From Mesotaenium endlicherianum (lineage: Eukaryota): DNA of 45,655 nucleotides. Shown here piece after piece: positions 1 to 13,400 of the stretch (position 1 is its first letter; each line of letters opens with the position of its first letter). The notes below the pieces were generated by a model that was given only the letters and a program-made list of their open reading frames with translations, did no database searches and was not told the origin of the DNA. The translations under genes were made by a program, and so were the position numbers. The stretch covers positions 230,757 through 276,411 of the forward strand of contig WELA01001340.1 in NCBI GenBank assembly GCA_009602735.1, read 5' to 3'.

Positions 1-478
1 CCCCCGCCCCCAACACCATCAGCACCGCCACCGCCACCGCCACCACCGCCGCCAAGCACGGAAAAGCACCGCAGTCACAGGAACAATTGGTTGAGAGAAC
101 GCAAGAGCTTTCACTGAAGAGGCTCTGGATTGTCCGTGCTTCAGAGCGGGAACATCCACGGGCGAGGCCAAAAGTTGAAGAGGAGGACCACAAGCGGGGT
201 TCAGAGGCAAGAAGAGAGAGCTCTGCTCCCTTCCGTGACCCAGAGAGGGGCAATGTTCCATCATATAGCACAGACACGGAGGTGTGGGGAGAGCGGGAGG
301 TGTGAGAGGGGAGGGGGCACGGCACTAAATATCCTTCTGTTCGCGCTCGCATGCGCAAGTGTACATGTGCATGTGTTTGTGCATGCGTGTGCACGCGTGC
401 GTGCGGGGCGTGCTTGCGTGCGTGCGTGTCTGTGTGCCTGCGTGTGGGGTGTGCTTGTGTGCGTGCGTGCGTGCGTGT

Positions 479-514
<36 letters not shown>

Positions 515-1534
515 ATGCGTGTGCGCGTGCGTGTGTTAGGGGGAGAAGATGAGCCTGGCAGTGAGTGCGCTCATCAAGGTGTCCCTACCTCCTCATTCTT
601 CCTGTCAGCTCTCCAATAAGTCATTTCCAAGAGAAGGAGACGCGAGGATTACATGCCGCAATGAAACTCCATGCAGGCGACGGTGCTGAGGGGACATGGT
701 GCATCTCAAGGCAGTCTTCCCTTGCCCGACCTCCCAGGAAGAGGGCCAAAGAAGACCAAAAAATGATATATCCTTGTTGGGTCGGTCACAAGAACGTTTC
801 TGGCATGGCAGGTTATAGGGATCACGGTTCCAGTGTCGAGTATAGGGCTTGAGGTTCTGGATTCAGGAGTAGGCCCTGGCGTTTGCGACAGGAGAGGTGC
901 AGCCAGGTCCTGCCTGCGTCTCAGCAAAGGGCAAGCTCCTGTTCGAGCGCCAGCTCTGCAAGAGTGGGCTCACTAAACCCCAAGCCAAGGTATGGACTTA
1001 CACACTGACCCAAAAAACACCGGGCCTCAAACCCTAGACCTTTATTAGCAAATGCAAATCTCGCCCTAACGTTGCGCTGATGCCACATAGTTTCCAGTCT
1101 AGTACTTGGGGGTCCCAATTTTGATCCTTACAAATTCAATTCAAACACAGCAAATCCAGCTCGGCGTCTGCTGGCTGCTAGTCACCCCCAGCCCAGCGTT
1201 GCTGCTAACTCCTGCACTCCATTCTCTTGAAACCCTAAACCCTAAAATCCGACACCTAAAACTCTAATAGCCCTGCTAAGCCCAGAGCGCTAAGCCCCAC
1301 TCACAGAGAGCAAGAGCCTAAACCCTCAACCCAACACCCTCAGGGAACCATTTAGAGCCGAAAACCGGGGCTCGTCGAGCGTGCGCGAGCGTGCTCAAGC
1401 GTGCGGAAGGAGCATGGGTGGCTGTGTGCAAGCTTGCGCGAGCGTGCGCAAGCGCACGCGAGCGTGAAAGGAGCACGGAAGGAGCGTGGAAAGAGCGTGG
1501 GTGGGTGGGTGGGTGAGCTTTGGGTGGAGCAGAC

Positions 1535-1821
1535 CTGCCGTAGAACTCCTCCGCCAGCTCCACCGCAAACGACAGCTTGGCAATGTCCGCCTCCTTCACC
1601 TGTACCGCAAATTTACGCGTGCGTGCGCGTGCGTGCGCGCGCGTGAAAGGGTGCCAAGAAGTCTGGCGCTGCCAGCGAAGGCATGGGAAGAAGGGCTGTG
1701 CCTAACCCGCAAAGAAAGAGCTTGGGAGTACATGGGTGTATGTACAATTGCGTGAATGTGTATCTTGTGCGTAGAATATACGTATCAATGTGTAGCTTAC
1801 ACGTGTATATATATTCACATG

Positions 1822-1856
<35 letters not shown>

Positions 1857-2101
1857 NNNNNNNNNNNNNNNNNNNNNNNNNNNNNNNNNNNNNNNNNNNN
1901 NNNNNNNNNNNNNNNNNNNNNNNNNNNNNNNNNNNNNNNNNNNNNNNNNNNNNNNNNNNNNNNNNNNNNNNNNNNNNNNNNNNNNNNNNNNNNNNNNNNN
2001 NNNNNNNNNNNNNNNNNNNNNNNNNNNNNNNNNNNNNNNNNNNNNNNNNNNNNNNNNNNNNNNNNNNNNNNNNNNNNNNNNNNNNNNNNNNNNNNNNNNN
2101 T

Positions 2102-2133
<32 letters not shown>

Positions 2134-5100
2134 AAAAATGTACGCACACGTGCATACGCCTGCTTACGTACACGTGCATGCACACACAGACACACACTCT
2201 AATTTATACTCATATATATTTTAAATTATTTGCACGTGTGGGTTTATTGAAACTCGTCGGTTTATTGAAACTGCTTTATCAAGATGCCATTCAGATGGAA
2301 AATGTATCCAAGACAATTCTCATCCACCAGGCCCTTGACCCTAAACCGTAAACCCCAAACCCTAATCCCGCCATGCCCTTGGAACAGTCAGTTGAGGGCC
2401 CTTGTATGTTCCTGCAAGCTCCGGCGAAAGTTTGTTGCCGAGTCTCTGGGAAGAAGCTGGGAAAGACGTGCATGTGCGCGCCTGTGCACGCACACTCACG
2501 CACGTGTGCTCCGTGCGTTGCTGTCACTAACGCTGGGGGGCTTTCGTGCGCAGGTCCCTCACATTGAAAGTGCGTATGTGTGCATTCAGGTGCGCGCGCA
2601 CAACGTGCTTGTGTATTCTCTCTCTCTCTCTCTCTCTCTGTGTCTGTGTATGTGTGTGTTTGTGTGTGTGTGTGTGTGCGCGTGCGTGTGTATGTGTGTA
2701 CGTGCGCGGGTGTGCGTGTGTGCGTGTGCGTGTGTATGTGTGCTAGGGTGCTCTTTTTGGGGGGGTACGAGGGCGTGTGCGCTCTCAGGGTCTTACGGTT
2801 TCCGGAAGATTGTAGATGAGCACGGAGCTGAGGATGGCGGCCAGTGCAAATATCCTGCACATGAGAGGCCAACATGTGCGCTATGCTTACTCTTAGCATC
2901 GCGTTACACGAGGACAGCAACAGGCTGGCACAAGGATTTCCTCTCTTTAAGATGTATACATATATATCAAAATATGCTTAGAAATAAGTTCTTGCATGCA
3001 CGCACACAGGCATGCACGTGCGAAGAGAGTGAATTACGCAAGAGTGTGATGAGGTATGCTACACATGGAAGGTGTAGATAGACGTTACTATCCATATATA
3101 CATGTAGGCATACATACAAATACGTTCAAAATCTGTATGTGTGTGTAAGAATTTGTATATGCATATGTATATAGATATATATATATATATATATGCAACT
3201 AAGTTGTTCGTTATGTATCCTCACATCCAAATGTAAATATGTAACGTCTACAAATATGTACATATGTGATATATATGTGTACATATAAATACATGTAGAT
3301 ACATGTAAACACATATAAATACATATATATATACATATAAATATAACATACATACATACATACATATACATACATATATATGCGTACGCCTGTATGAGAC
3401 TCAATAACATGTGTACGTACACGAGCGCAAAAAGCTCACCTGTCGTCGTACACCGTCGACTTCCCGATGCTCTCAAAGCCCTCCGTGTCCAAGAAGAGGA
3501 CAGATGTCGTAACGCCGTTTATCTCCAGGTCGACGGGCTCGCCCCACACCCACATGCCTGCACACACGACCGGCCACGTCAGCGTCAGTCCGACAGGCAC
3601 AAACACTCTCTGTCTCTCCCTCTCTCTCCATGTGTCTCTATCATATACTTGCGTACGCAAACAGGCTTACATGCGCACACACGCAGTCACGCACACGCAC
3701 GCACAGACACACACACACACACACACACTTCCGCTCGCATGCGCGTGCACAGGCACTTGTGCACAGTCATCCTGACAACCCCCGCGCACACACATACACA
3801 CACACACACGCACGCACTTGCGCGTGCATACTTTCCCACACACGATTGCTTACACACACGTCCCACCACACACGCACACGTACACGTAACTGTCACAAAA
3901 TGCCAGAAAATGCCGTCGATACACACATGCCACCTCTGGCGCAGCATTTAAACATATGAGTTAAGTACAACTGCGTATATTACGCATACTTCTGTTGCAT
4001 GCTTCTTCCATAAGTACAGTAATACAGTAAGATTTGTGGGTGGGAAAGAGACACATGCACAGAAGGTGCTCCATGCTTCTGTGCTGTTAACACATGCGCG
4101 CATGCGCGCACGCGCCCACGCACACACACGCACACACACGCCCCCACACACACAGAGACACACACACACACATATGACAACAAGAGCGCGCACACACACA
4201 CTCCCTCACACGTCATGACTAAGACCATCCTTTGATATCTGTCTGCATGTCCATATTGGACATATACATGAACAATTTGTATACACATGCAGCCGCATGC
4301 ATATGCACGAGTGAGCTTCTTAAGCCGAGCGTATTTTCCTCCACAACTCTCAGAAGGATCAGCATCACTAACATCCCAGCAATGCATGACACAAGCACGC
4401 ACGCGCAACACCAAACACAGGACAGCTGCACACTCATGTCATACTTCAACAACGGATACGGTGTTTATTCCCGCGTGAGGAACGACAGCGGAAGAATCTG
4501 ACCTTTGGTCTTTGTGTCGCGCATGTGCCCCACCCCAAAGCCTGCCAAGTGCCGCGATCCCACCAGCACGCCCGCGTGTCAGCAGAGCCTGCATCCACCT
4601 CTCTTGTCCACTTTCCCGCCCTAGGCACCGCCCAGTGCCGGCAGAATCTCCCACCCTCCAGCAGCAGGATGTACCCCACCGCGAGGAATCTTGAAAATTA
4701 CCCTTCTAAGGCCTGGCTTCTTACACTGGTGCCTGGTGCCTTCTTCCCAGTGAGCCGAGGCCGCACCACCTTTCCGCAAACTGACCAAATTTGCCCTTTT
4801 TCTCTTCTTCTCCACCTTTCCTCTTTACTGTAATGCCTGAGTCGGGAGGGGCATGTGTGTCCGGGCGCACGCGTGCGAGCAGTTTGCCGTGCCGTGGAGG
4901 TCAACGTGGGGCACGCACTTCTGACGAGCGTGCATGCTTGCAGGTAAGCCCCTAAGAGCCCTAGACCCTAGACCCTAGACCCTAGACCCTAGTCCCTAGA
5001 CCCTAGTGCACCCAGAGAGGCCCATCTGGCACTGCAGTATCATTTGCCAACTGGGGTTGGGGCCGTTCAGACTGAGAGATGGAAAATGATGGGCTCTGGA

Positions 5101-7911
5101 AGAAAGTCTGGAAGAAAAAAGAGGCCATTACCAGCAAGCCCTTCCTTACCAGCTGGTAGGATTTAGGGTTCAAGGTACGGAAATTCAAGGTTTTAGCGCT
5201 CAGGGTCTAGGGTTTAGTTACGTCGCAGTGGATAGGATGTGGAAATTCTGGGGGTGTGAGCCGGCTTTCTACCTGACCCTAATACCCTACCCCACAAAAG
5301 CGCAGGCCCGCCGGCCCCGCCCTGCTCCGAGTAATTATTCCCTTCCCATCCCGAACTCCAACCCTCATTTTGTCAAGCCGATCCCCAACCCAGAGCCACC
5401 CTTGCTGACCTGTCAAGCTCGCGTCGCCCAGCCCCTGACACAAGAGCTAGACTCACTCGGACGACAACCCCAACCTCCACGCTCACTATACCAAAAGTTT
5501 TCCTCTTGTAACCCTAGCGCCCTCTCATGAACCCTAGACTTAACTGGACCAGCAGGTACAGCTCAGCACAGGGGGGTTTGCAGGTCAGGCGCAGCTGCAG
5601 GATCGCCGGGAGGAGGCCCAAGTCTGCAGCCCCAAAGAAGCACTAATTGTGAACTGAACCCCAGGCCCTACGCAACCCCTAGCCTCAACCCTAATCCTAA
5701 CCTTAACCCTAACACCAACTGTAAACCGCGAAGTATTCACTGCACCATCCTCCACCACTGCATGTGAGGCGGGCGGGGGATGGTGGGGCTGCAGACGGGG
5801 AAGGGACGAGGGTTTGGTTTTAGGGTTTTTCCTAAAGCAGGAGGCCCCGACTAGGAATTCCAAAAACGGCGCAGCAGATGTCCATCGCGCCTGCTCTGAT
5901 CCGCCGGACCTGACGCTCGAGGAACGCTACAGAGAGCTCTCACGGGGTCCTGCGGCCCTGCTCCCGCAAGGGGCAGCCTATGCGTCATGCCCAAGACCTG
6001 CAAACTTCACCAACCTCAGACGCTGCAAGTTCTCGCCAGAGAAGCAGCAGGGTGTAGGGTGTTCAGGGTTCCAGGTTCGGGTAAGGGTTTCGGGGTTTGG
6101 CTTCTTCCTTCTGTCCTTCCTCCCTATCTTTCTAGGTTTGCAGGGTTTGGGTTTCTTCTAGTGTCCTCCCTCCCTTCCTATCTTTTCTCACAACACATAC
6201 GCACACACAAGAACACACACACGCACACACTCCTCCCACAAGCGCCCTTTGCAACCCTAGCATATGGAGAGAAGAAGGCGATAGCAAGGCAGGAAAAGAA
6301 GGGGGGGGGGNNNNNNNNNNNNNNNNNNNNNNNNNNNGGGGGGGGGTCTTTAGAGGAGCAGTGACTGGGGGAGAGAGGGAGGAAGGAAGGAAGCCACTCC
6401 ATCGCTTACCCTCGTTGCAGCTGAGGCTGAGCAGCTGGTTGAGCAGAAAAGATTTGCCTGACCGGTACGGCCCGATCACCTGCCCGGAAAGAGCGCCAGG
6501 CCCCACGAGCACACACAGAAAACACAAACGTAAATCAGACCAATGAGAGTGCCAGGTGGCAGGTGGCAGGTGTCAGTTTTGCTGACTAGATCAGGCGTCG
6601 GGCGAGCGGATCGAGCTGGGCCAAGCTCTGAGCTCTGAGCTGAGCCTCTCTCTCCCCTCCCTCCCTCCCTCCCTCCCTCCCTCCTAAATCCCTCCCTTTC
6701 TCCCTCCCTCCCAGCTCCAGCTCCTTCTTGTGATTAGGATCAAAAGCCCTTTGTAAGAAGACACCCCTGGCTACACCAGACTATCTCCCCTCACTCCCTC
6801 GAGCTTAAACCCCAAACACCAGAACCGTCAATCCTGCCCAATGTCTTACGTAAGCCTTAAGCCTTGAGCTTAGACCCTGAAACCCAGCCCTGCCCAGGGC
6901 CCGGCATGAGGCGGAGCCTGCCCCGCGTCACTCCACCCTTCGACCCGGGGAGAAAAACACCAACACTTTGAATGCGGTGACCTTAGCAGAAGCAAGCTTG
7001 CAATTTGGACCCACATCTCAGCCTACACATCATTGGGGTATTAGCATCCACTGAGCCCGTGCCCCCATTCCCTTATCATCCCCCTCAAGCTCCTCAAACC
7101 TCAAACCCCAGCCCAAACCCGCACAAGGCCTTCGGCTCATGAGACGAGGACAGGTGCCCAAGCGCATCCAAAGCGGGACTTAGGCCCGAACCCTCAGATC
7201 CCGGCCAAAAAACGCAGGCAGCCTTTAGCTTATCAGACGAAGAAAACTGCCGGGAGCAGCCACAGCGGCGGACCTCAGGCCCCCAGAGCTTAAACCCTCA
7301 TCCGCGCAGCCGCAGCCCACTCCGCAACCCTGAAACCCTACCCCTCTCGTAAGACGCAACATGCATCATGCTGCGCTCGACAACGCGACACTCTGTCCTG
7401 GGCTCAACATGGCGATGGGTATGGCTGCGGCTGTGGCTGCGGCTGTGGCTGCGGCTGCGGCTCTGGCTATGGCTAGGGCTAGGGCTATGGCTGCAGCTGT
7501 GGCTGTAGCTGGGGCCGGGAGAGGGAGGGGCTACGGCTGTGAGGCTGTGAGGAGGGTCACGGTATTGGGGGATGGAGGGGACTTTGAGGGCCCGGGGGGN
7601 NNNNNNNNNNNNNNNNNNNNNNNNNNNNNNNNNNNNNNNNNNNNNNNNNNNNNNNNNNNNNNNNNNNNNNNNNNNNNNNNNNNNNNNNNNNNNNNNNNNN
7701 NNNNNNNNNNNNNNNNNNNNNNNNNNNNNNNNNNNNNNNNNNNNNNNNNNNNNNNCCCCGCCCCCCCAACCACCAGCCCCGCCCACGTCCGTGCCCGTTT
7801 TCTAATGCTTGATACACGGAAGCGCAAATTTTGCTAATCTGCTTCCTGCCCCCTCAGGACCTTGATCATACAGACATGTATCTAAGTACAAATTAAATGT
7901 ATTTGTTTTCA

Positions 7912-7948
<37 letters not shown>

Positions 7949-9311
7949 GTACACATAGCATGCACGTGTCGAGCACCTGTACTTCCCCTTACTCTTTACC
8001 ACCAGAGCATGTACACGCATCTCCCGTGCTTTCTTAATTCTGACGACCTGCGCTTTCTCCTCCCCCTCCCCTCCCTCCCCCCTTTGCCCCGGGCCACTTC
8101 TCGTCACGCGCTCCTCCTACACATTGCGCGCGTGCTCGCCTACCTGGCAAGGGCCACATGCATTTTGACATGCATGGCGTAGCTATCATAGAACCATGCT
8201 TGCATGCAGAATAAGCCACGGGGAGGCGAGGAGTGACAAAGGTCTCCCCGGGGGGGAGGGAGGAGGGAGGAGGTTGTTTGGGGGGGGACAGAGAGTGGAG
8301 GGCAAGTGGCCAGTAGGCAGAAGCGAGGCGAAAAATTGTGGTCGTGAGGGGGGCGGAGGGCTGCTCTTTTGCTGCTCTTTGCTTGTCGGGCTGGCTCCTG
8401 CTTGTCTGCCACGCGAATATCTACATGCATGTATGCGTGCGCCTGTGCGCCTGTGCGCATGGCCCCTCACTGCGCGCGCTCCGCGCGCGTGTGTGTGTGT
8501 GTGAGAGAGAGAGGGCGTGCATTGCATGTGAGACGAGAGGGTGTGGTGTCATAACGCCGACTAGCTTTGGCCTGCTACGCCTACTAAGAATCGGGGGGAG
8601 GTGTGAAGCGGACCACAAAACGGGCAAGAGGAAAGAAGGGGCATCGTCAATGGGAAGATACAGGAGCTACAAGATCTAGCTGCTGCTGTCGAGGCCACAG
8701 AGAGAACCGTAAAGCGGAGGCGTCATGAAACTTCTTATGACAGTCCTATTCAGAGAAGAAACTTCTCCACTCAGGTCTCTGGCCTTGGCTGCTTGCGTGC
8801 TAGATGTCAGCGAGCTGTATGCCGAGAGATATCACACAGAGCAAAGGGCCCGGCTTCGCACTGAGGAGGCAAACAGCCAAAAGCATCTCACAAGGCTGCA
8901 ATGTGCACCCACATTCTTCCCTCCCTTCCTTTGTTGTTCACGAATGATGCTATATTTTGTCCTCTCATATCCCCCCGGTAATGCCCCCCTCAGGTCTGCC
9001 TGGTAGAAATCTGAGAACTACACGAAGTCCAGGTGAAGAGTGAGACGGAAGTCCATGCACAGCGTGACATTTGGCAAGCTCTTGCAGGTCCTTGCGGGAG
9101 GCTCTCGCAGCAGCAGACGGGTGAGGGAGGATGCTCACGCTCTGTGATAAGCTCCAGAAGCGACCACTTGCTTGGGGTTCGCATCTTCCTCGTCGAGGAC
9201 ACGAGCTGCTGCGTCTGACGGGCCTAGAGGTCTGAAAGCTGAGTTTTCAGTCAAGCACAGGAGGACGACCATAGCCAGGGCCAGGTGCCTCCCTCGGTGA
9301 AAGAGCTCCAT
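1535..9311 (-). CDS. Guanylate-binding protein-like (GBP/atlastin-family) GTPase, similar to Arabidopsis At2g38840; 3'-partial, continues past the left edge
   Basis: Phase-consistent GT-AG exons: 9311-9139 (MELFHRGRHLALAMVVLLCLTENSA...GAYHRA); one exon missing, probably in gap 7600-7755; 6479-6410 (VIGPYRSGKSFLLNQLLSLSCNEG, P-loop); 4541-4503 (FGVGHMRDTKTKG, G2); 3557-3440 (MWVWGEP...LFLDTEGFESIGKSTVYDDR, G3 DTEG); 2854-2797 (IFALAAILSSVLIYNLPET); 1599-1535 (VKEADIAKLSFAVELAEEFYGR). Possible micro-exon at 601-589. Confidence 0.93.
4959..5007. repeat. Seven tandem copies of CCCTAG(A/T), a telomere-like heptamer, in a GBP intron
   Basis: ccctaga x4, ccctagt, ccctaga, ccctagt; the main unit is one mismatch from plant telomeric CCCTAAA. 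Confidence 0.85.
7421..7512. repeat. Degenerate hexamer tandem repeat (GGCTNN)n
   Basis: ggctgc/ggctgt/ggctat/ggctag units in a GBP intron; they produce spurious Ala-rich and Ser-His ORFs. Confidence 0.75.
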
Positions 9312-10489
9312 TCCTCCAAGATGATGCCTTTAAGTTGCACCAGGTATCAAAATAGCATTTGCAAGAACATTGCTGCTTCGCCTTCTTTCACTATGGTAGT
9401 TTCTCTTGCCTATTGTGCCGTATTGAGCTCGCCTTACGTTCATATAACAGTGGCGGGAATACGTCTCTCGGAGCCTTATCTCATTGTGACGTAACTTGAA
9501 ACTGGGCAAGAGCGAAAAAGGGAAACTCTGACAATCTGAGTCCCGTTCAGGCCTTCAGCAACACGCCATTGTCGCAACTCGTGCACGTGTCAAAGCGACA
9601 TTTTCTTCTTCTTATTTCAGATGGAGAAGGTGGAGCTACAACAATGTGTGGGCATTATGTAGGTGCTGACTTCTTATGTTCAAATGCGTGCTGATGAGAC
9701 ATTGCTTTCTCGGGAGCCACTTGCACGTTTGTACCTGTTAGCGAGCTGCAAGAAGCGACACCTGCGCAACACAAACACCAAATATTTATATGTCGACAGT
9801 GGCTCTACGAGGTTAAAACTTTTGAAGACTTCTATTATGCCAAATTATATCTACCGTGTACTGAATTATAATGAATAAATATTTCGAACATCATTATATA
9901 CTTCTCGTAAAAAACTGATTGCTCGGATGTTTTTCGACATATATTTTCAAAGTTTGTTACTTCATGTGACCGATACTCCTTCGGCTTGGCCTCCTCCCTG
10001 TTGCCTTCATTTCTCAAGGGCGTCCAGGAACAAATAATCACGGGTAAGAGAGGCTTCGAGTTTCTGGAACATTAGCCAGCTTGTATTCACGATTCATAGG
10101 TGAAAGACATGACTTTATAGTGGAGTGGTGACTACTGGTGTAATGGTCTTCTTGAGTGACTACATTTCGCGTTTTTTGTAGTTGTGCTTTTGAGACACTT
10201 GAGGTATTAGCCCTGGCAATTCATTCGTGCCTTCCTGTACTTAACGCTTCGACGCCTGTCCTACAAATTAACGATTTCTGATACTTCTTAGACTTGGAGA
10301 CAAAAGGTGAGATAGCTTCGAATAGGAGCCTCAACCTTAGCGCCAATTTCATCCAGGAAATACTGATGCTTTACGTTATCAAAGCTTTGGAGCTCTGCGG
10401 AGACTTTGAGTTAAGGCTGCGGAAGTAGATTAGCATCAGGCTTACGTTTGTGACAGATGTTTCTGCTGAGCCTTTGAGAGTTTTAAGTC

Positions 10490-13400
10490 ATGAAGGGCGT
10501 TAAAATATTCGACAACGAGCTTGAGTCCTTGTCAGCCGATGAGAGGAGAGCACTGAGAGCCAGCAGGTTTGCTCAGAGCAGTGTGAAATCGCCTCGTGGC
10601 AATTCCAGCCAACCTAAGCCGCCCAGGTGAGTCGACCTTTCTGGCAGCGCGTTCCCTAAGTATGTACTAAATACTGAGACGGCTCTGGCTGTTATGATAA
10701 TTTCACACGAATCCCGTGGATAGTGTTAGCGTAGATAAATATGAATCCTTGAGTAAGAGTTCGTGGACAGGCAAATGGGGTGTCAACTGGCATCCCTACT
10801 GATGCAGGTCTTTCGTTTCTGCACGTGTCAGAGTCGTGGCTGGGAGTATTCGCTATGCTCTTATCATCTCTTCAGGAGTAAGTACTTCAGGGGCGGGACG
10901 GAGTATGGTTCTGGAGTGAGCACTGGGAAGGTCTGCGTGTGTCATAAATTGGACTCAGTCAAAAGCCGACTGCACCTTTCATCCTCACTCAACTTCCTGG
11001 GGATGACTTGCTCCATCTCTGTAAGCAGCATCATGGGCACAGAGATGGAATCAGGGTTCAGGGCTGAGGAGAGTGTGGGAGGAGTGAGAGGGAGGAGAGC
11101 GAGGGAGGGGATGGGGGTGGGGGTGGGGGTGGACACGTATATTGTGAATGGAGAAACCTTCAATGCAGAACCAGCTCTGTACCCCCCTCGAGTCTGTCTT
11201 TCTGAATGAAACCTACAGACTTCCGGTGCTGTACCTCGTTTGAAAATTTCAGTGTGAAGGGAACCCTGAAGACTTCCAGTGCTGTACCTTGTATGGACCT
11301 TTCAGTGTGAAGGGGACCCTGAAGACTTCCAGCAGTGTGACTCATCGCAGTTCCCGGGTGTGTACGGGACCTTGCAGAGGTTCCACTTTCTTAACTTTGG
11401 GTAGTGGTGTTGTTCTTTTGAGCTGAACCCTGCCAGCTCATGTACCTGTGTAGGATGAGTTGGGCGGGACGAGTTTCTAAACCCCAACCCCTGACCAACC
11501 CCTGAAGCAGGGGGAAGGGACAACTGTCGCTATTTTTTTGACCCCTGGAGTTTTGGTCGCTATTCTGAGTTCTCTGACTTCCGGCGGCTAGTTTATAAAA
11601 ACCTTCAGAAACGGTTTACCCCCCCCCCNNNNNNNNNNNNNNNNNNNNNNNNNNNNNNNNNNNNNNNNNNNNNNNCCCCCCTCCCCCGCTAAGTTGGTGG
11701 GGAGTTTCTGTTAGTGCACATTTGTGCCAGTCTAGCTGCCAGCTGGCGTGTGGTGGGCTTCCTCGCATGCCATCGTCATCACTATCATTATCAGAACATA
11801 CACTTCTTTCTGAATTCCCCTGTAGCAAGCACTGTAGCCAGATTGGGCGGTGCCCATCTACTGGCACCCACCCAGGAGGCAGAGGATGAGCGTTCAGCTC
11901 TATGACTTTCTGGCCGAGAGTAGCCCAGTTCACGTCACTCTCGACTGCTGGCACCGCATCCTTGAGCGACTAACCGGATGGTTGGCATGCTGGCTCTGCG
12001 TGAGCTAGCAACCCACGAAGGATGTGCTTTTAAGACTTGAGATGCAGGAGAGGTCAAGAATCTAGCTCTGTGTGTGTGTGTGTGTGCGTTTGTTTGTTTG
12101 GTTGCGCGCGTGTGCATGCGCGTGTGTGCGCGTGCGCGCTTATGACAGGCTGGCCCACCCAGGAGGGGCCATAGCCACCAACAAGGCGACGGCGTTGGCG
12201 CGGTATCTGAAGCGCAAGCTGGAGTCAGGCGAGGCCAGCCAGCTGGACCCCCACCTTGTTGAGCTGGCCGTGCGCAACGCCCAGTCAGCACTCAGCGCCT
12301 CCACCTCAGACGCTGACGGTATGTGCGCAGTGTCACGTTACCAACTTGTGTTTGCTTCTATCAAAGGCGTAGGAATGGGGGACAGGGAGGGACATGGAAA
12401 GCGGTGTTTTTAGAGACGGCTACTTGTAGAGTACGTGCCCTTCTTGGCTGGCAGTGCCTACTTCCTGTCCTGTGCCTCCGTGCGCGTGCGCGCTCGCGTG
12501 TGTGTGTGTGCATGTGTGCGTGTGTGTTTTTGTTTGCAGGTCGTTCACTCATATCGATGTTAAAGGACTGCTTAAGAGTGTTTCACGGATGCACGCACAC
12601 ATGTCCAAATGTTTGTTCCACTTCTTGCAGCAGAGGGAAGCAGTACCTGGGTGAGTGTGCGCTTGTGTGTGTGTGCATAGGTACGTGCACATGCGCATGC
12701 GCGCGCGTGTGTGCGCATGCGCGCGCGTGTGTGCGCGTGTGCATATGCGTGCTTGCGAGTGCGTGCAGCTGGGTGCCTAGTGTGAGCGCGTGAGGCTGCG
12801 TGCAAGCGTGCATGTGCATGTGTGCGTGCGGTGCGTGCATGCGTGCGCGTGCATGTCCCCTCATTCCCGCTTGCGCTTCTCTTACGCACCTTGCCGTGGC
12901 CACACCTGGCCTAGAGGTGGAGTCGGGGAACGTCTGTCAAGTCCGGCCGTCTCCTTGGGAGAGTACGGGTGCCAGGCTCTTCTGTGTACTTCATTCTGTT
13001 TTTCCGTGGAGTCCTGGGCAGCATCATGTCATAACTGCCCGGTGAACATCCTGTAAAGTTTTTCTGAGTCTTGTATTTTTTCTTGCGTATATTCAGGCGG
13101 GCACATTCCGCCCTCCCCTCCTTCCCTCTCCTCCCCCCCTCCCCGCATCCCCCTCCCCCTGTCCCGCTACCCCTCCCTCCTCCTTCTCTCTTCCCCACCT
13201 TTCCCCCTTCCCCTGCCCTCCTCTACCAGGAACAGACGAGTGGATGATTGGAAGGCACTCCTGTGGCTTTTGGTTTTCCGCTTCTTTCCCAAAAAAAAAA
13301 TCTAAGAAAAAAAATATATCTCCTCCCTGTGGTTGTTCCCGGGCCTCGGCGGTTTTCAGGCACTCAAAAGAGAGTGAGACACGTGGCGTCGTTCCAAGAG

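Noticed and set aside
330..4210. Many ORFs rich in CV/HT/YI dipeptides, here and throughout the window
   Set aside because: They are translations of (TG)n, (CA)n and (TA)n microsatellites inside introns.
7298..7837. Ala-rich and Ser-His-rich ORFs spanning a gap
   Set aside because: They derive from a hexamer repeat plus Ns within a GBP intron.
8725..9218. Plus-strand ORFs (MKLLMTVLFREE..., MKSETEV...)
   Set aside because: No recognisable homology; they lie antisense to GBP exon 1 and intron 1.
11218..11333. Repeat with CRISPR-like periodicity
   Set aside because: The whole 53-bp unit repeats with no unique spacers, there are only about 2 copies, the context is a eukaryotic intron, and no cas genes are present.
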